A DNA stretch of 20,988 nt from Fusobacteriota bacterium (GTDB lineage: Bacteria > Fusobacteriota > Fusobacteriia > Fusobacteriales > JBNJFI01). The notes beneath the pieces are model-generated. The model was not told the origin of the DNA. It saw only the letters and a list, made by a program, of their open reading frames with translations, and ran no database searches. Position 1 is the stretch's first letter; each line of letters begins with the position of its first letter. The stretch lies in NCBI GenBank assembly GCA_051746725.1, contig JBNJFI010000030.1, positions 1 to 20,988 on the forward strand, given 5' to 3'. Below, in pieces: positions 17,924-20,988 of the stretch. A program made the translations under genes and the position numbers.

Positions 17924-17951
17924 ATATTACATAATCATTATTATCGGACGT
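17924..17951 (-). other. dif-like XerCD recombination site 2 (variant spacer)
   Basis: Minus strand ACGTCCGATAA-TAATGA-TTATGTAATAT; arms 21/22 identical to site 1, spacer different; located at the strand switch. Confidence 0.72.
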
Positions 17952-18152
17952 AGTAATTATAAATAGACGTATATCTCGAGGTAAAATTTATATTAAATTT
18001 TTCGCCTTAATCCTTGAAGTCAATTACTCTAAATACTATTCACTATGTATTTCTAAGAACAATATACTTTTTAGTATTTTTTTAAAAGGATTGTCATAAA
18101 ATCAATTAGAAATATATAACTGTTTTATAGAATTGAATTTCTTGAATACCCT

Positions 18153-18323
18153 TCAATTATTTCTATCTTCTAGATATTCCTCATAACGCCATTTTAAATA
18201 ATTTACAAGATCTCCCAATCTTTCTATTCCAGTAAGTATTAATGCCATACCACCTCCTAAAATAATACACCCCCCTATTAAAAAAAGTAATCTTTTATTC
18301 AAAAATACATTTAAAGCTTCCAT
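18153..18323 (-). CDS. Small single-TM membrane protein (56 aa), absent from the ORF track
   Basis: RBS AGGAGG (18330-18335) then ATG; MEALNVFLNKRLLFLIGGCIILGGGMALILTGIERLGDLVNYLKWRYEEYLEDRNN*. Confidence 0.7.
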   Translation of the reverse strand: MEALNVFLNKRLLFLIGGCIILGGGMALILTGIERLGDLVNYLKWRYEEYLEDRNN

Positions 18324-18598
18324 TTTTAACCTCCTTTTGTTTCCAGATTTTATTTTGTTTGGTAATCAATATGCTAAAAAATATTCAAGTTGTTGGGTTC
18401 CACAGTTAAATCTAAAAATAATTATACCAGTGGTAACCATTTTGATTTAATTAGATTTCTAACTCTTAAACTTTAATTCGTTAATTTTTTGAACTTCAAT
18501 TTCTTTAAGATAAAATTATCTTTCAAGTTTAATCAACTTAACTTATTAAATCATTTTATTTATCCTGGAATAGATTTTAGAAAAACCAAGGATCATTA

Positions 18599-20347
18599 TC
18601 ATTTAATCTCTTTTAACCTCTTTTTTGCTCTTGTTATTGCTACATAATGAAGATTTATTTCTTCTTCAACCCTTTCTAAATCGTTATTGTTTATATCTTT
18701 ATTAGTTGAGTTATTAATTAATAAATTTCTCTCATACTTCAATCGATCTAAATCAATAAAATCATTAAGTTTAATTACATTATGACTTTCAAGTCCTTTA
18801 CTCTTATGAGCGGTTGTACATAGAAATTTGCAATCTTTTTTGTTATAATTATTATTTAATTTTTTTATTATTTTGTCTAATTTAATACTTGATTTCTTCT
18901 TTATCAAATTATAGGTAATTATTATTTCTTGATCTATTTCTATATTTTTTTCTATTGCATATTGAAGTTTTTTAAAACTTTTATATTTTTTTATATTTTT
19001 AGTTTTGATTTTATTTAAATTATTAGATTTTAATTTTTTTATATCTTCATATATTCGTGTATCAAGTTTATTAGAAAAATAGATTTTATGTTTAGAATTT
19101 TCCATGGCAAATTCTATAATTCCTATATTTGTTCGCCCGATTACTAAGATTTGCTCATCATGAGGAAAGGGTTCATTTATATTTTCATTTGAGTTTTTTC
19201 CTATTATTTTTTTACCATTTATCAAGTTATTTTTGATTTTCAAAATTTCATTTGCTTTTTTAGCTATTTTTTGGCCATATCTAAAAGACCAAGTTAAAAA
19301 AAATTTTTGAGTATTAATATTTTGTGAAAAATTATCTAACGCATTAATTGCTCCCCTCCATTTATATATCGATTGATTCGGATCACCAAATATTTTATAA
19401 ATTGCATTAGGAAATTTTTTATAAATCATAGAAATAGTTATTGGATTAGAATCATGAGCTTCATCTAAATATAAAAAGTCAATATTATCGAATTTTTGGT
19501 TAGAGAGTGAAAATTTTTTTAAGTAAAAATCATGAGTTTGAGGAACTTTATCAAATTTATTTCTTTTATTTACTTTACCACTCATTTTTTTAAACACTTT
19601 GTTTATAAGAAACCCATATTTATGTACAATTTTATTTTTGGCAATGTTTTTTATTTTGCTATAGAGCTTAATTTTGTTTATTAAATACATGAGATTTTGA
19701 ATTCTTTTTTTTAACCGAGAATGATTTTCTAATAAGTATTTCTCATAAATTTCTGGACTATTCTTTAATTTTACAATATTAAGAAATTCTTTTTCGTCAT
19801 TTGATAAATTTGACTTATTTTTAATTGCCTTATAGGAATTTATTAATAAATTTATAACTTTTGGTTCTAAAATATCTTCATTACTTTTCAAATATATTTC
19901 TTGAAAGTATTTTTTTGAATCAATAAAATTACTTCTTAAAAACCCTATATAACTATTATATAATGTTTTGCTTTCAGAAAAATTTAGGTTGAAGTCTTTA
20001 TGGTAGAAAATCGTATATATATTAAAGGTATTATATTTAAAATTATGCCCAAACCCCTTTCTAGCCTCGTATTTATAAGCTAGAGCATGAATAGTATAAA
20101 CTCTAGTATTTTTTATATCCAATAGCTTTATTTTCTTTTGAATTTCTTTTTGTATTTTTTTATTAAAAGTTAATATGATTTTATTCTTATCGGACTTCAA
20201 ATGGCAATCCATTAGTATAGTAGTAGTTTTCCCAGTTCCAGGATATGCAACTACTACAGAGTGTTTATCATTATTTTTTAATATTTTTTTTTGCTCCTTA
20301 GTAGATTTATAATTAAAAGTGCTTTGAATACTATTTTTTTTATTCAT
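18599..20347 (-). CDS. UvrD/Rep-like superfamily 1A DNA helicase (compact, accessory type)
   Basis: AYPGTGKTT, LTFNK, TIHALAY, LDEAHD, GDPNQSIYKWRGA, SFRYG, RTN, TAHKSKGLE, EEINLHYVAITRAK. Confidence 0.92.
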   Translation of the reverse strand: MNKKNSIQSTFNYKSTKEQKKILKNNDKHSVVVAYPGTGKTTTILMDCHLKSDKNKIILTFNKKIQKEIQKKIKLLDIKNTRVYTIHALAYKYEARKGFGHNFKYNTFNIYTIFYHKDFNLNFSESKTLYNSYIGFLRSNFIDSKKYFQEIYLKSNEDILEPKVINLLINSYKAIKNKSNLSNDEKEFLNIVKLKNSPEIYEKYLLENHSRLKKRIQNLMYLINKIKLYSKIKNIAKNKIVHKYGFLINKVFKKMSGKVNKRNKFDKVPQTHDFYLKKFSLSNQKFDNIDFLYLDEAHDSNPITISMIYKKFPNAIYKIFGDPNQSIYKWRGAINALDNFSQNINTQKFFLTWSFRYGQKIAKKANEILKIKNNLINGKKIIGKNSNENINEPFPHDEQILVIGRTNIGIIEFAMENSKHKIYFSNKLDTRIYEDIKKLKSNNLNKIKTKNIKKYKSFKKLQYAIEKNIEIDQEIIITYNLIKKKSSIKLDKIIKKLNNNYNKKDCKFLCTTAHKSKGLESHNVIKLNDFIDLDRLKYERNLLINNSTNKDINNNDLERVEEEINLHYVAITRAKKRLKEIK

Positions 20348-20378
20348 CTTTTCTCCTTTCTTTTAATAGAATCAATAT

Positions 20379-20675
20379 CTAATTTATTTGATTGTAACTA
20401 TAATGTAATACTTTTTTCATAACTACAGAACTTACTATATTTATTATTATAGCTACTTGAATTCCAAAAACAGATGACCCTAACATAAGTGTTACTAAAA
20501 AAAACAAAATTATATCTAAAACCATCATAAATAAATTTTCTGCTACTGCTTTGGTATTAATTTTTATATTTTTTAATTCTATAATTTCTTTAGAAAATTT
20601 GATTATAGCAGTAATTCTCTTAGTCCATAAAAAAAACATATATAAAATTCCTAATGCTGAAGAAATCACTAACAT
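20379..20675 (-). CDS. Hypothetical membrane protein (98 aa, about 3 TM)
   Basis: RBS AGGAGG; three hydrophobic segments. Confidence 0.7.
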   Translation of the reverse strand: MLVISSALGILYMFFLWTKRITAIIKFSKEIIELKNIKINTKAVAENLFMMVLDIILFFLVTLMLGSSVFGIQVAIIINIVSSVVMKKVLHYSYNQIN

Positions 20676-20768
20676 ATAAACCCCTCCTATTCTAATTATA
20701 TTAGATAATAACCTTTTTAAAATTTAAAATAAACATTAGATAAAAACTAATACGTTGGATATCAATAA

Positions 20769-20987
20769 TTATAAACTGTTTAAATCAATAGAACTTAAAT
20801 ATTTTTCCTTTGTTTTTAAAACTTTATTATAATCTTTTTTGCTTATTTTACCTTTGTCTTTTAAATATTCAATATGACTAGAAAAATGCCCTTTTTTGAT
20901 TAAATCGATTGCCTTAACACAAGTGTAATAAAAATCTCTATTTTTTTTACTTTTATTAGCTAAAATTTCAATTTTAGAGCCTCTTTG
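20769..20987 (-). CDS. 3' end of a hypothetical basic protein, truncated by window end
   Basis: Open frame QRGSKIEILANKSKKNRDFYYTCVKAIDLIKKGHFSSHIEYLKDKGKISKKDYNKVLKTKEKYLSSIDLNSL*, co-oriented with neighbours. Confidence 0.55.
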   Translation of the reverse strand, partial: QRGSKIEILANKSKKNRDFYYTCVKAIDLIKKGHFSSHIEYLKDKGKISKKDYNKVLKTKEKYLSSIDLNSL

Positions 20988-20988
20988 G

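Noticed and set aside
20187..20197. TTATCGGACTT, a possible third dif-like site
   Set aside because: Only the XerC-like half matches, there is no XerD arm at 6-bp spacing, and it lies inside the helicase CDS

Overview
AT-rich bacterial window from what is inferred to be an anaerobic diderm (it has a beta-barrel outer-membrane protein, NrdG and SepF; Fusobacteriota-like, inference only). From left to right: the 3' end of a PII gene; a locus of a 1368-aa surface lipoprotein, a TPR/beta-barrel (Slam/T11SS-like) protein and an atypical, apparently non-phosphorylatable OmpR-family regulator; a candidate rod-shaped ncRNA; small housekeeping genes (methyltransferase, Rho_N-like, STAS-like, DJ-1, SepF, NrdG); a membrane-anchored TRAFAC GTPase plus a GAP1-N-like partner that share a paralogous extracytoplasmic module; DUF2103-trkH-trkA-mscS; then a switch to the minus strand with very AT-rich, mobile-element-like genes (unannotated 56-aa membrane peptide, UvrD-like helicase, hypotheticals). 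Two dif-like XerCD sites in direct orientation (9188-9215 and 17924-17951) bracket an 8.7-kb block, and the second sits at the gene-orientation switch. All calls come from reading the sequence by eye; no searches were run.
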